A stretch of 38,063 bases of DNA from Chloroflexota bacterium (GTDB taxonomy: Bacteria; Chloroflexota; Limnocylindria; QHBO01): assembly GCA_005879815.1 (NCBI GenBank), contig VBKA01000003.1, forward strand, positions 1-38,063. The letters are read 5' to 3'. Below are positions 14,926 through 23,308 of the stretch, in pieces. Positions within the stretch are counted from its first letter, which is position 1. Each line of letters begins with the position of its first letter. The notes beneath the pieces are model-generated. The model saw nothing but the letters and a program-made list of their open reading frames with translations, searched no databases and was not told the DNA's origin. The position numbers and the translations under genes were made by a program.

Positions 14926-16662
14926 TCAGCTCCGCCTGGCGCAGGCCAGGATGCCAGCCTCCACGAGCGCGGTGCGGCCGCAGTCGTACAGACGCCGGAC
15001 CAACGCGAAGTCTCGGGGCAGTAACGACTGCAGCGGGAGCCATGCGGGAGCGAGGACGAGGTACCGCGGCGTCGGTGAGCGGAGGCACGCCTCGTTATCG
15101 GTGTAGCTGAAGAACGCGCGCACGTAGACCAGGTCCGTGTGCCGCAGCCAGAGTGGCGACGGATAGCGGCAGGGCGTGGGATTGCCCATGTGGTAGGGCA
15201 CCGTCCCATAGGCCAGGTAGAGGACTGGCGTGTTTCGTCCGATCTCCTCGCTCATGGCACCCCATGCGTCATGGCTTGCCAGGGACTCGGCCTCCCATGA
15301 CGCATTGGTCCTCTGTGTCACGCGCGGATCGAGCGACCATGCCGTCGCGGGCAGCAGGACTGGCAGGATGGCGACGCCGGCAGCCACCATGACGCCAGCC
15401 AACCGTCGTCGGTCGGTCGGCACTCCCGGCGCATTCGCCGCGGGTGATCCATTGGACGCCGGCCCAGTCCGCACGGTCAGGAACAAGGCGGCCAGGACGG
15501 CCAGGAGCGCGGCAACGCCGAGCAGGACCTCGACGAGCAGGTCGAGGTTGGCGAGGCGCCAATGGTTGGAGTTGGTCATCAGCCATGCCCCGGCGGCAGC
15601 AGTGGCCGCAAGCGTGATCGGCACGGCCACCGGCAGGGCGCCACGCTCGGCCCATCGTCCGGCGGTATACCCGCACAGGCCGGCCGCCAGGACCGGCAGG
15701 GCCGCAAGGTGATACGGGTAGTAGGGCTCTCCCTGGACGATCATGGGTGCAGCGGCCAACAGCGCGGCGATCGTGACAGCCCCGGCCCATCCCCCACGTG
15801 CCCGTCCACCGGGTGTGAACCGCGATGCCACGACGGTCGCCGCCGGCAGCAGCAGGACCGCCGGTGAGAGGGCCGCCTTCGAAGCGAGCGAGCGTAGCGC
15901 GTTGGAGAGCTGGTCGATGCTGATCCCCGATCGGAGGGGCGAGTACGGATTCAGCGCGATCATGTTGGCCAGCCAGCGTCGCTCGAGCGGGAAGGCCGCC
16001 AGCAGGACGAGGGCGAACAGGAACCAGGCCACGCCGCCCAGTCCGGCCGCCACGGCCCGCCGCCGATCGAGAACGGCGATTGCCAGCAGCGCGAGCAGGG
16101 CGATCGGGGCGGTCGAGATCTTGGCCGCGAAAGCCGCGACGAGAAGGCCACCGGACAGCCCACCCGCGACCGTCGCGCGACGAGGCAAGAGTGCAATGCC
16201 GATTGCTATCACCCCAAACAGCGTGGCAAGCCATTCGGGCTGCAGGAAATCCCAGTTCGGCGCGAACACGAGGGCGAGGGCGACGGCGATGGAGGTCCAG
16301 GCCGCAGGGACGCGACCGACACGTCCGCGAAGGCCGCGAGCGAGCAGCCATGCTGCAAGGACCGCCACGACCACGGCCGCCACGCGAAAGACGGCCTCGT
16401 AGGCAACCAGCGCGGATGGGCGAAGGCCGATGAGCTGCAGCGCGTTGTCGATTGTCCCGACGAACACGCGATAGAGCACCGGGCGATGAGCGAAAGTCCT
16501 CAAAGCGCCGCCGATGCCGCCACCGCGCACGTCCTGGACGCCGATGACGTACTGAAGGTCGCCGTTGAGGCCCAGCAGCAGTGAGAGAGCTAGGAGGCCG
16601 CCGGCGGCCGCGGCGCTGGCACCGGCGAGAAGGGTCCGCCGCGATCTCATGGAGACCGCCAT
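14926..16662 (-). CDS. large polytopic membrane protein, GT-C-like (putative lipid-linked glycosyltransferase), family uncertain
   Basis: About 578 aa from ATG 16662 (alternative ATG at 16650). It has about 12 TM segments followed by a roughly 150-aa Cys-containing soluble C-terminal domain. That architecture is typical of GT-C/ArnT/PMT-like enzymes, but I cannot identify a specific catalytic motif. Confidence 0.55.
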   Translation of the reverse strand: MAVSMRSRRTLLAGASAAAAGGLLALSLLLGLNGDLQYVIGVQDVRGGGIGGALRTFAHRPVLYRVFVGTIDNALQLIGLRPSALVAYEAVFRVAAVVVAVLAAWLLARGLRGRVGRVPAAWTSIAVALALVFAPNWDFLQPEWLATLFGVIAIGIALLPRRATVAGGLSGGLLVAAFAAKISTAPIALLALLAIAVLDRRRAVAAGLGGVAWFLFALVLLAAFPLERRWLANMIALNPYSPLRSGISIDQLSNALRSLASKAALSPAVLLLPAATVVASRFTPGGRARGGWAGAVTIAALLAAAPMIVQGEPYYPYHLAALPVLAAGLCGYTAGRWAERGALPVAVPITLAATAAAGAWLMTNSNHWRLANLDLLVEVLLGVAALLAVLAALFLTVRTGPASNGSPAANAPGVPTDRRRLAGVMVAAGVAILPVLLPATAWSLDPRVTQRTNASWEAESLASHDAWGAMSEEIGRNTPVLYLAYGTVPYHMGNPTPCRYPSPLWLRHTDLVYVRAFFSYTDNEACLRSPTPRYLVLAPAWLPLQSLLPRDFALVRRLYDCGRTALVEAGILACARRS

Positions 16663-16776
16663 CGCGGGCCAGCGACGGCGCGCGAACGGCCTGCCGGATG
16701 GGGATCGGCTCGGTCCGGCGTCCGCCAGTTTCTCCTCGCCTCGCTTTCGCCGGCCGCCCCCCACCTCCGGCCGGTC

Positions 16777-18528
16777 TCAGACGGCGAGCGGCTCCCGGTA
16801 CTCGCCGTAGACGCGGCGGAGGATGCCACACATCTCACCCAGCGTTGCGTAGGCGCCGACGGCCTCGATGATGGCCGGCATCAGGTTGACATCGCCGGCG
16901 CGCGCCTCGGCCTCCAGGCGGCGCATCGCGGCGGCGTGGAGATCCGTGTCGCGCTCCGCGCGCACGCGCACCAGCCTGGCCAGATGCCGCCGCTCCTGCT
17001 CAGGGGTGATCTCGAGGAGCGGGATGCGCACCTCCTCGTTCGGATCGGCGTAGCGGGTGACGCCCACGATCTCGCGTTCGTGCGCCTCGATCTCCCGCGC
17101 CTGCTCGTAGGCGGCATCGGCGATCTCCGCCTGGGGGAACCCGGCCTCGACCGCCGCGATCATGCCGCCCATCTCATCGATCGAGCCCAGGTACCGCCAG
17201 GCGGCCTGCTCGGTCTGGTTGGTGAGCGTCTCCACGAAGTACGAGCCGGCAAGCGGGTCGACCGTGTTGGCGGCCCCTGACTCCTCTGCGATCACCTGCT
17301 GCTGGCGCAGAGCGAGGAGGGCGGCCTCTTCCGACGGTACCGCCCACGCCTCGTCGTATGCATCGGTATGCAGGCTCTGCGTCCCTCCCAGGACGCCCGC
17401 CAGCGCCTGGATCGCCACGCGGGTGAGGTTGTTGAGCGGCTGCTGGGCGGTCAGCGAGACGCCCGCTGTCTGGGTGTGGAACCGCATCCAGGTCGATCGC
17501 TCGTTCTCCGCGCCGAACCGCTCGCGGGCGAGCTTGTACCAGATGCGCCGGGCCGCTCGGAACTTGGCGATCTCCTCGAAGAAGTCGTTGTGGCTGTTGA
17601 AGAAGAAGCTGAGCCGCGGAGCGAAATCGTCGAAGCGCAACCCGCGCGACATGGCGTCCTCGCTGTACGCGATCCCGTCGGCGATCGTGAACGCCAGCTC
17701 CTGGATCGCGGTCGATCCAGCTTCGCGAATGTGATAGCCGCTGATGCTGATCGTGTTCCAGCGCGGCATTTCGCGCGTGCCGAACTCGATCGTATCGGTC
17801 ACCAGCTTCAGGCTCGGGGAGGGCGGAAAGATGTACTCCTTCTGCGCGATGAACTCCTTGAGGATGTCGTTCTGCAGCGTGCCTGCGAGCTCGCTCCGCG
17901 GAACGCCTGCCTTCTCGGCGGCGACCACGTACATCGCCCAGATCATGGCCGCCGGGGAGTTGATGGTCATGCTGGTGCTGATCTCGTCGACCGGGAGCCC
18001 GTTGAGCAGGATCTCCATGTCTGCCAGGCTGCTCACCGCCACCCCGCACGTCCCGAACTCGCCTGCGGCGTGAGGATCGTCGTGGTCGTAGCCGTAGAGC
18101 GTGGGCATGTCGTACGCGATCGAGAGCCCGGTGCCGCCGGCGGCGATCAGCTTCTTGAAGCGCTCGTTGGTGTCTTCGGCCGTCCCGAAGCCAGCGAACA
18201 TGCGCATCGTCCACAGGCGGCCCCGATACCCGGTGGGGTGGATGCCCCGCGTATAGGGCGGCTCGCCCGGAAGGCCAAGGTCGTCGAGCTCATCCCAGCC
18301 GTGCGCAGCGTCCTGCTCGGCTTGCTTTCGGAAACGGTACCGAGGCCGATCCCGGTCGGGGTCGTTGGCCGGGTCGTACAGATCTTCCGGCGTGTAGATG
18401 CGGTTGATCTCGACGCCCGATTGGGTGATGAACCGCTGCCGCCGCTCGGGCGACTTCTCCAGCGCGGGTCGCAGGCGCTCTTCCTCCCATTGGCGCCGGT
18501 GATCACGCCAGGAATCATCGTCAGTCAC
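16777..18528 (-). CDS. adenosylcobalamin-dependent acyl-CoA mutase, large substrate-binding subunit (methylmalonyl-CoA mutase family; isobutyryl-CoA mutase-like signature)
   Basis: TIM-barrel mutase core ([65 protein letters not shown]-like [17 protein letters not shown]). There is no C-terminal B12-binding domain. The specificity positions read WTMRMFAGF and FIAQKEY, that is Phe and Gln where MCM has Tyr89 and Arg207. Start taken at GTG 18528 (VTDDDSW...). Confidence 0.9.
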   Translation of the reverse strand: MTDDDSWRDHRRQWEEERLRPALEKSPERRQRFITQSGVEINRIYTPEDLYDPANDPDRDRPRYRFRKQAEQDAAHGWDELDDLGLPGEPPYTRGIHPTGYRGRLWTMRMFAGFGTAEDTNERFKKLIAAGGTGLSIAYDMPTLYGYDHDDPHAAGEFGTCGVAVSSLADMEILLNGLPVDEISTSMTINSPAAMIWAMYVVAAEKAGVPRSELAGTLQNDILKEFIAQKEYIFPPSPSLKLVTDTIEFGTREMPRWNTISISGYHIREAGSTAIQELAFTIADGIAYSEDAMSRGLRFDDFAPRLSFFFNSHNDFFEEIAKFRAARRIWYKLARERFGAENERSTWMRFHTQTAGVSLTAQQPLNNLTRVAIQALAGVLGGTQSLHTDAYDEAWAVPSEEAALLALRQQQVIAEESGAANTVDPLAGSYFVETLTNQTEQAAWRYLGSIDEMGGMIAAVEAGFPQAEIADAAYEQAREIEAHEREIVGVTRYADPNEEVRIPLLEITPEQERRHLARLVRVRAERDTDLHAAAMRRLEAEARAGDVNLMPAIIEAVGAYATLGEMCGILRRVYGEYREPLAV

Positions 18529-18683
18529 GCTTGAATCTTCGCCGCTCAACCGGCGGGGTGGCAACCGACAGCCAGCGGTCAGGTCGCCTCGGCGGTCGCC
18601 GCGGACTTGTTGGCCAGGGTCCCGACAGCGATGGCGGCGAGCCATCCGAGGCCTGCGACGATCGCAATTCGCTGGAGGAATCG

Positions 18684-19946
18684 CTATGGATACAGGCCGC
18701 GCAGGGTCGTCGCGTCGGCGACGCGCTTGACCGCGAGCATGGTCGCGGCGCTGCGCAGGTCCACGCGCTGCTCCTCGGCCATGGAGACCACTCCCTCAGT
18801 CGCGTCATCCATGATCCGATCCAGGTTGTCGTGGATCTCCGCATCGGTCCAGAAGAAGGACTGCATGTCCTGGACCCACTCGAAATAGCTGAGCACCATG
18901 CCGCCCGCGGTGCACAGGATGTCAGGCAGCACGGGCACGCCCCGATCGATGAGCACTTGCTCGCCCTCGGGCGTGGTTGGGCCATTCGCCGCCTCGACCA
19001 CGATCGCGGCTCGAATCCGCTCGGCGATCGGCCCGGTGATCTGGTCCTGGAGGCCCGCCGAGACGAGCACAGCACAGTCCGTCTCGAAGATCGCCTCCCG
19101 CTCGATGGGCTCGGTATCGAGCAGGTCGGCAATGCCATCGTGCTCGCGCATCCAGGCGACGGCCCGGGTAACGTCGATCCCGCGCTCGTTGCGCACCGCA
19201 TGCTGGTCGTCCGCGATGGCCACGACCAGGGCTCCCGCTTCCTGGAGCGTCTCCGCCAGGCTGGACCCGACGCGTCCGAAGCCCTGGATCGCCACCCTGG
19301 CGCCGCTCAGGTCGATCCCGCGCTCTCGAGCCGCGGCCACCGTCGCCCGAAACGCGCCGCGGCTCGTCGCCTCGCGCCGGCCGGACGTCCCGCCTACCTC
19401 GAGCGGCTTGCCCACGACCACTGCCGCGACCGTGTAGCCGAGGTGCATCGAGAATGTGTCCATCATCCAGGCCATCGTCTGTGACCCAGTGTTCACATCG
19501 GGACTGGGGATGTCCTTGTCGGGACCGATCATCGGCTTGATCTCGGTCGCGTAGCGGCGGGTCAGGCCCTCGCGCTCATGCGGCGAGAGCCGCCGCGGAT
19601 TGACTACCACGCCACCGAACGCGCCGCCGTACGGGATCTTGACCAGCGCCGCCTTCCAGGTGTTCCACATCGCGTTGGCGCGCACCAGGTCCAGCGTCAG
19701 ATCGTTGGTGAAGCGCACTCCACCCGTGGCGGGACCGCGGTTGAGGTTGTGGTGGACGCGGTAACCGGCGAACACCTCGACGTGCCCGTCGTCGAACCGC
19801 ACCGGAAAGTGCACCTCCAGCTCACGTTTTGGTACGCGCAGCACCCGATGCATGCCTTCGTCGAGCCGAAGGCGCTGCGCGGCTGCGTCGAGCTTCTGCT
19901 GGGCGACCGTCCACACGCTGCGCTGGGCGGATTGCGCCGAAACCAT
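18684..19946 (-). CDS. Glu/Leu/Phe/Val dehydrogenase family protein with substituted catalytic-site lysines (GDH paralog)
   Basis: Co-linear with about 420-aa hexameric GDHs ([57 protein letters not shown], ends RGLYP). However, GPAKGG reads GPATGG, and GG(G/A)KGG reads GGAFGG (Phe codon TTC at 19619..19617). Start at ATG 19946, preceded by GAGAGG. Confidence 0.85.
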   Translation of the reverse strand: MVSAQSAQRSVWTVAQQKLDAAAQRLRLDEGMHRVLRVPKRELEVHFPVRFDDGHVEVFAGYRVHHNLNRGPATGGVRFTNDLTLDLVRANAMWNTWKAALVKIPYGGAFGGVVVNPRRLSPHEREGLTRRYATEIKPMIGPDKDIPSPDVNTGSQTMAWMMDTFSMHLGYTVAAVVVGKPLEVGGTSGRREATSRGAFRATVAAARERGIDLSGARVAIQGFGRVGSSLAETLQEAGALVVAIADDQHAVRNERGIDVTRAVAWMREHDGIADLLDTEPIEREAIFETDCAVLVSAGLQDQITGPIAERIRAAIVVEAANGPTTPEGEQVLIDRGVPVLPDILCTAGGMVLSYFEWVQDMQSFFWTDAEIHDNLDRIMDDATEGVVSMAEEQRVDLRSAATMLAVKRVADATTLRGLYP

Positions 19947-20129
19947 GGGCCACCTCTCTCGCACGTGACCGATGCGGCGCCGAAGCGCCGGCCCCGGAAG
20001 GCTAGCGCCTGCCGCCTGCGGCTGTCAGCCCAGTTTGATGGACGTGGCAAGATGTGCCACTCACCAGCCCAGGGCCGCCGGCGACTCGACTGCACTCGAC
20101 CGGAGCCCGATACATCGAGGTCCACCATC

Positions 20130-21068
20130 ATGGCCCCCCGCGTCGTCACCGTGACCGGGCCGGTCCCCCCGGAGCGGATCGGCTTCACGCTGCCCCACGA
20201 GCACACCTCCTGCCGTCCGGAGCTGGTCCGGACCCGCCAGGAATTGATGGACTTCAGCTCGGACGCCGAACTGATGACCGACGAGCTCCACGACTTCCGC
20301 CGCCGCGGCGGGAGCTGCGTGGTCGACCTGACCTGCGGCGGACTGGCGCGCGACCCGATCTGGTTGCGCAACCTCGCGACGCGCAGCGGGCTCTTCATCG
20401 TGATGGGCGCCGGGTGGTACCGAGAGAGCTTCTACCCGCCCGAGGCCGGCATCGACCGCCGCACCGTCGACGACCTGGCCGCTGAGATCGTCGCCGAGTT
20501 CGAGCACGGCGTGGACGGGACGGGCATCCATCCAGGCATCATCGGCGAGATCGGCACCGACCAGGCCTGGGTAAGCCCGCGCGAGGAGCGCGTCTTCCGC
20601 GCGGTGGCGCGTGCCGCGACCCGAACCGGACTCGCGGTCAGCACGCACGCCATACAGAGCCAGGTCGGGCTCGACCAGCTCCGCATCCTGGAGGAGGAAG
20701 GTCTGGACCTGGGTCGGGTGGTGGTCGGGCACGCGGACTCGATCCTCGACATTGATTACGCCCTGGCCGTGCTCGACCGGCAGGCGAGCATCGAGTTCGA
20801 CCTTCTCGGCCGGCAAGGTGACTACGCGACGGCTCGCGAGGTCGAGCTCGTGGAGCTGGTCGTGGAGCTCCTCGAACGGGGCTACGCCAGCCAGATCCTG
20901 CTCAGCCACGACATCTCCAGCAACGCGCAGCTGAAGGCCTACGGCGGCGCAGGCTTCGGTTACGTGGCCCAGCACTTCCTGCCCCACCTGCGGACCGCGG
21001 CGGTCGGCGAGGGTGAGATCGCGGCCATGACCATCGAGAACCCGCGACGCATCCTGACCGTCGCCTGA
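20130..21068 (+). CDS. phosphotriesterase-family (PTE/Php-like, amidohydrolase superfamily) protein
   Basis: TLPHEH metal motif near the N-terminus, IIGEIG (a Glu bridge as in E. coli Php), STH, GHAD and SHD metal-ligand motifs in the expected order. ATG 20130 with GAGG 9 nt upstream. Confidence 0.85.
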   Translation: MAPRVVTVTGPVPPERIGFTLPHEHTSCRPELVRTRQELMDFSSDAELMTDELHDFRRRGGSCVVDLTCGGLARDPIWLRNLATRSGLFIVMGAGWYRESFYPPEAGIDRRTVDDLAAEIVAEFEHGVDGTGIHPGIIGEIGTDQAWVSPREERVFRAVARAATRTGLAVSTHAIQSQVGLDQLRILEEEGLDLGRVVVGHADSILDIDYALAVLDRQASIEFDLLGRQGDYATAREVELVELVVELLERGYASQILLSHDISSNAQLKAYGGAGFGYVAQHFLPHLRTAAVGEGEIAAMTIENPRRILTVA

Positions 21069-21077
21069 GCGTCGACG

Positions 21078-22115
21078 TTGCCGAGCCGCGACCCCGTCGG
21101 AGACCTCAAGCGGATCGCGTTCCTGCTGGAGGCGGCGAGCGAGCCGCGCTATCGGGTGACGGCGTTCCGGCGGGCGGCCCAGACCCTTGCCGCTCTGCCC
21201 CCGGGGGAGCTCGAGGACCGCGTGCGACGAGGGTCACTCCAAGACCTCGCGGGCATCGGCGAGGTGCTCGAGCGCACGGTCGCCGAATCCATTCGAGGTG
21301 AGGAGCCGGTCTACCTGCGCCGGCTGGAGGCGACCGGAGGCCGCGCGGTGGCGGAGGGGGCGGCAGACCTGCTGGCCGCCCTGCGCGGCGACTGCCACGT
21401 CCATTCCGACTGGTCAGACGGCGGTGCCCCGATTCGCGAGATGGCCGAGACGGCGCGCAGCATGGGGCACGCCTGGATAGCGCTCACCGACCACTCGCCA
21501 CGGTTGACGGTGGCCAACGGCCTCTCGCCCGACCGGCTGCGCCAGCAGCTGGAGGAGGTCGCCACCCTGAACGTCGAGCTGGCCCCCTTTCGGATCCTGA
21601 CCGGGATCGAGGTCGACATCCTGGCGGACGGCTCGCTCGACCAGGAGGATGAGCTCCTCGCGCGTCTGGACGTTGTCGTCGCCAGCGTGCACTCCGAGCT
21701 TCGCATGGAGGGCAGGCTCATGACCCGCCGCCTGGTCTCGGCGCTGGCCAACCCGCACCTGGACATCCTTGGGCATCTGACCGGGCGCATGACCACCGGG
21801 AAGCGCCGCCGTCCGCCGTCCGACTTCGATCCGGAGATCGTGTTCGCGGCGGCCGCCCGCTTCGACAAGGCGGTGGAGATCAACAGCCGGCCCGAACGCC
21901 TCGATCCGCCGAAACGGCTGCTGCGCCTGGCGGTGGAGGCGGATTGCCGTGTCGCGATCGATTCCGACGCCCACGCCCCGGGGCAGCTGGCCTGGCTCCC
22001 GAACGGCTGCGAGCGCGCATTCCTGTGCGGCGTCGAGGTCGGGTCTGTGGTCAATACCTGGGATGCCGAGGCCCTACTGGCTTGGACGGGAAGCCACGTG
22101 AAGGCGGCCGCCTGA
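21078..22115 (+). CDS. PHP-domain phosphoesterase with N-terminal helix-hairpin-helix (PolX-like) region
   Basis: HVHSDWSDG, LTDHS, GIEVD, SVH, GH, and DSDAH motifs of the PHP fold are present. The N-terminal roughly 90 aa resemble the PolX 8-kDa/HhH region (LAGIGEVL). TTG start 9 nt after the PTE stop. Confidence 0.8.
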   Translation: MPSRDPVGDLKRIAFLLEAASEPRYRVTAFRRAAQTLAALPPGELEDRVRRGSLQDLAGIGEVLERTVAESIRGEEPVYLRRLEATGGRAVAEGAADLLAALRGDCHVHSDWSDGGAPIREMAETARSMGHAWIALTDHSPRLTVANGLSPDRLRQQLEEVATLNVELAPFRILTGIEVDILADGSLDQEDELLARLDVVVASVHSELRMEGRLMTRRLVSALANPHLDILGHLTGRMTTGKRRRPPSDFDPEIVFAAAARFDKAVEINSRPERLDPPKRLLRLAVEADCRVAIDSDAHAPGQLAWLPNGCERAFLCGVEVGSVVNTWDAEALLAWTGSHVKAAA

Positions 22116-22184
22116 CCTCTGTTGCCTGCCGCGTCATCGGCCCATACTGGCCGGGCCGCAGATCGCACGAGTCGGGAGGTCACC

Positions 22185-22388
22185 ATGTCCGTCGCCCGCG
22201 TCACCGAGCTCTCCTGCACCTCCAGCCAGTCCTTCGAGGATGCCATTCGCCAGGGGATGGAGCGAGCCACGAAGACGCTGCGCGGGGTCCGCGGCGCCTG
22301 GGTGAAGGAGGAGCGCGTGAACGTCGGCCGGGATGGCGCCCTGGAGTTCCAGGCCAACATCCTCGTCACCTTCGTCCTCGAGGACTGA
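22185..22388 (+). CDS. dodecin-family flavin-binding protein
   Basis: 67 aa, MSVARVTELSCTSSQSFEDAIRQGMERATKTLRGVRGAWVKEERV...VTFVLED, which matches the dodecin pattern (V.E..G.S..S.EDAI..A...A.KTLR.......E.R......V.F.LED). GGGAGG lies 5 nt before the ATG. Confidence 0.8.
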   Translation: MSVARVTELSCTSSQSFEDAIRQGMERATKTLRGVRGAWVKEERVNVGRDGALEFQANILVTFVLED

Positions 22389-22444
22389 CCGGGCCAGTCC
22401 GATGCCGGCGTCTCGGCGTCGGCTCCAGGCTGAGGACTGGCGAG

Positions 22445-23296
22445 CTACTCGGCTAGGCCGATTCTGCCCTCGGCGCGCCGGAACCGAGCGCGGTAGACCG
22501 GGTTCGAGACCCGGCTGTTGACCGTCGCCGCATCGAGCGGCTTCGCGGAACGGGGCGGCTGGTAGCGGCCACGCTCGCGGATCGCGGTGGCCAGCTCGGC
22601 GGCCGTAGAGGGTCCGCGCTCGCGAATGACGGCGATGATCTCATCGTGAAGCCCCACGTGGCCATTTCGCGAGGCGGCGGCTCGCGCGGATCGGGCCGCG
22701 GCGGCCTGGCCTCGTGAAGCCCTTGGTGGGCGCCCGCGCCGTCGTGTCGAGGGCTCTCGCGTCCGTGCGTTCTCGGCACTCTCGCTGGCCGCCCGGGAGC
22801 CCGCCTCGCCGCCACCGCTTGCCTCGACCGCCTGGAGACGTCGGGTGACCTCGTCGATGCGGGCCGAGATCGCGGCGAGTGTCGATTCCAGCTCGGCGAC
22901 CCGAGGCCCTGCTGGGCTGGCACCAGCCATCGGTCGGCCGGAGCGCTCCGCATCCAGCCGCTCCTCGACCCAGCGTTGGACGAGCTGTCCCGGCCTGAGG
23001 CCTTCGGCCGCCGCCAGCTCCTTCAGGAGCGAGAGGCGGCGGGGATCGACCCGAATGGCCATGCCGCCCTCGTCGGCAGCGGCCCGCGGCGCATAGCCGC
23101 CCCCTGTCCGCGGGGGATATGGCGGTCGCCCCTGGCGCGGCGCGAAGTCCCGCGGTGCCTCGTCCCCAAAGCTTCCGCGGGGCGGGCCACTGCGCGGTGG
23201 GCGACCTCGATGGGGACGGAAGTCGCCGTAGCCACCTCCGCCACCTCCGCCACCGGGACGCCCCTGGCGGCGGTCTCCGCGTCGTTCGTTGGCCAT
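22445..23296 (-). CDS. hypothetical DNA/RNA-binding protein: RGG/Pro-rich disordered N-terminus, ribbon-helix-helix-like segment, coiled coil, C-terminal winged-helix (HARE-HTH-like) domain
   Basis: MAIRVDPRRLSLLKELAAAEGLRPGQLVQRWVEERL fits a beta-alpha-alpha RHH pattern. The C-terminal HDEIIAVIRERGPSTAAELATAIRERG...PLDAATVNSRVS...RFRRAEGRIGLAE fits a winged-helix pattern. Start 23296 is supported by TGGCCA-N17-TAGAGT-N6-ATG. An alternative internal start lies at 23062. Confidence 0.55.
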   Translation of the reverse strand: MANERRGDRRQGRPGGGGGGGGYGDFRPHRGRPPRSGPPRGSFGDEAPRDFAPRQGRPPYPPRTGGGYAPRAAADEGGMAIRVDPRRLSLLKELAAAEGLRPGQLVQRWVEERLDAERSGRPMAGASPAGPRVAELESTLAAISARIDEVTRRLQAVEASGGGEAGSRAASESAENARTREPSTRRRGRPPRASRGQAAAARSARAAASRNGHVGLHDEIIAVIRERGPSTAAELATAIRERGRYQPPRSAKPLDAATVNSRVSNPVYRARFRRAEGRIGLAE

Positions 23297-23302
23297 CCGC
23301 AA

Positions 23303-23308
23303 ACTCTA
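23303..23308 (-). promoter_or_regulatory. -10-like hexamer TAGAGT placed 6 nt before ATG 23296, with a -35-like TGGCCA 17 nt upstream (leaderless-type start)
   Basis: The minus strand reads TGGCCA-ACGCCGGATGTCAAAGG-TAGAGT-TTGCGG-ATG. Confidence 0.45.

Noticed and set aside
15269-16831. A 520-aa minus-strand ORF overlapping the GT-C-like membrane gene in another frame. The similar shadows 17174-18214, 17368-18534, 25063-26268, 30284-31393, 35116-36483 and 36255-37160 belong with it.
   Set aside because: All are Arg/Pro/Gly-rich and lack family motifs. Each overlaps a gene with strong sequence signatures.
20044-20060. An inverted repeat GTGGCA-agatg-TGCCAC in the divergent GDH-like / phosphotriesterase intergenic region.
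   Set aside because: It could be an operator. However, 6-bp arms in GC-rich DNA are weak evidence, and I recognise no matching regulator family.
22382-22423. Hairpins between the convergent dodecin and RGG/RHH genes: GGACTG-N7-CAGTCC, and GCCGGCG...CGTCGGC.
   Set aside because: The stems are short (6-7 bp) and one contains a G.U pair. Neither strand has a U-rich tail. I do not call this a terminator.
23062-23064. The internal ATG (MAIRVD...) as the start of the RHH/wHTH protein, with GAGGG upstream.
   Set aside because: It is kept as an alternative only. The longer form has a -35/-10/N6/ATG arrangement. The lower GC3 of the RGG tail means this is not settled.
23231-23257. A tandem 9-bp repeat, GCCACCTCC, about 2.7 copies.
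   Set aside because: It is simply the coding sequence of a poly-Gly run (GGGGGGGG) in the RGG tail. It is not a CRISPR-like or regulatory repeat.
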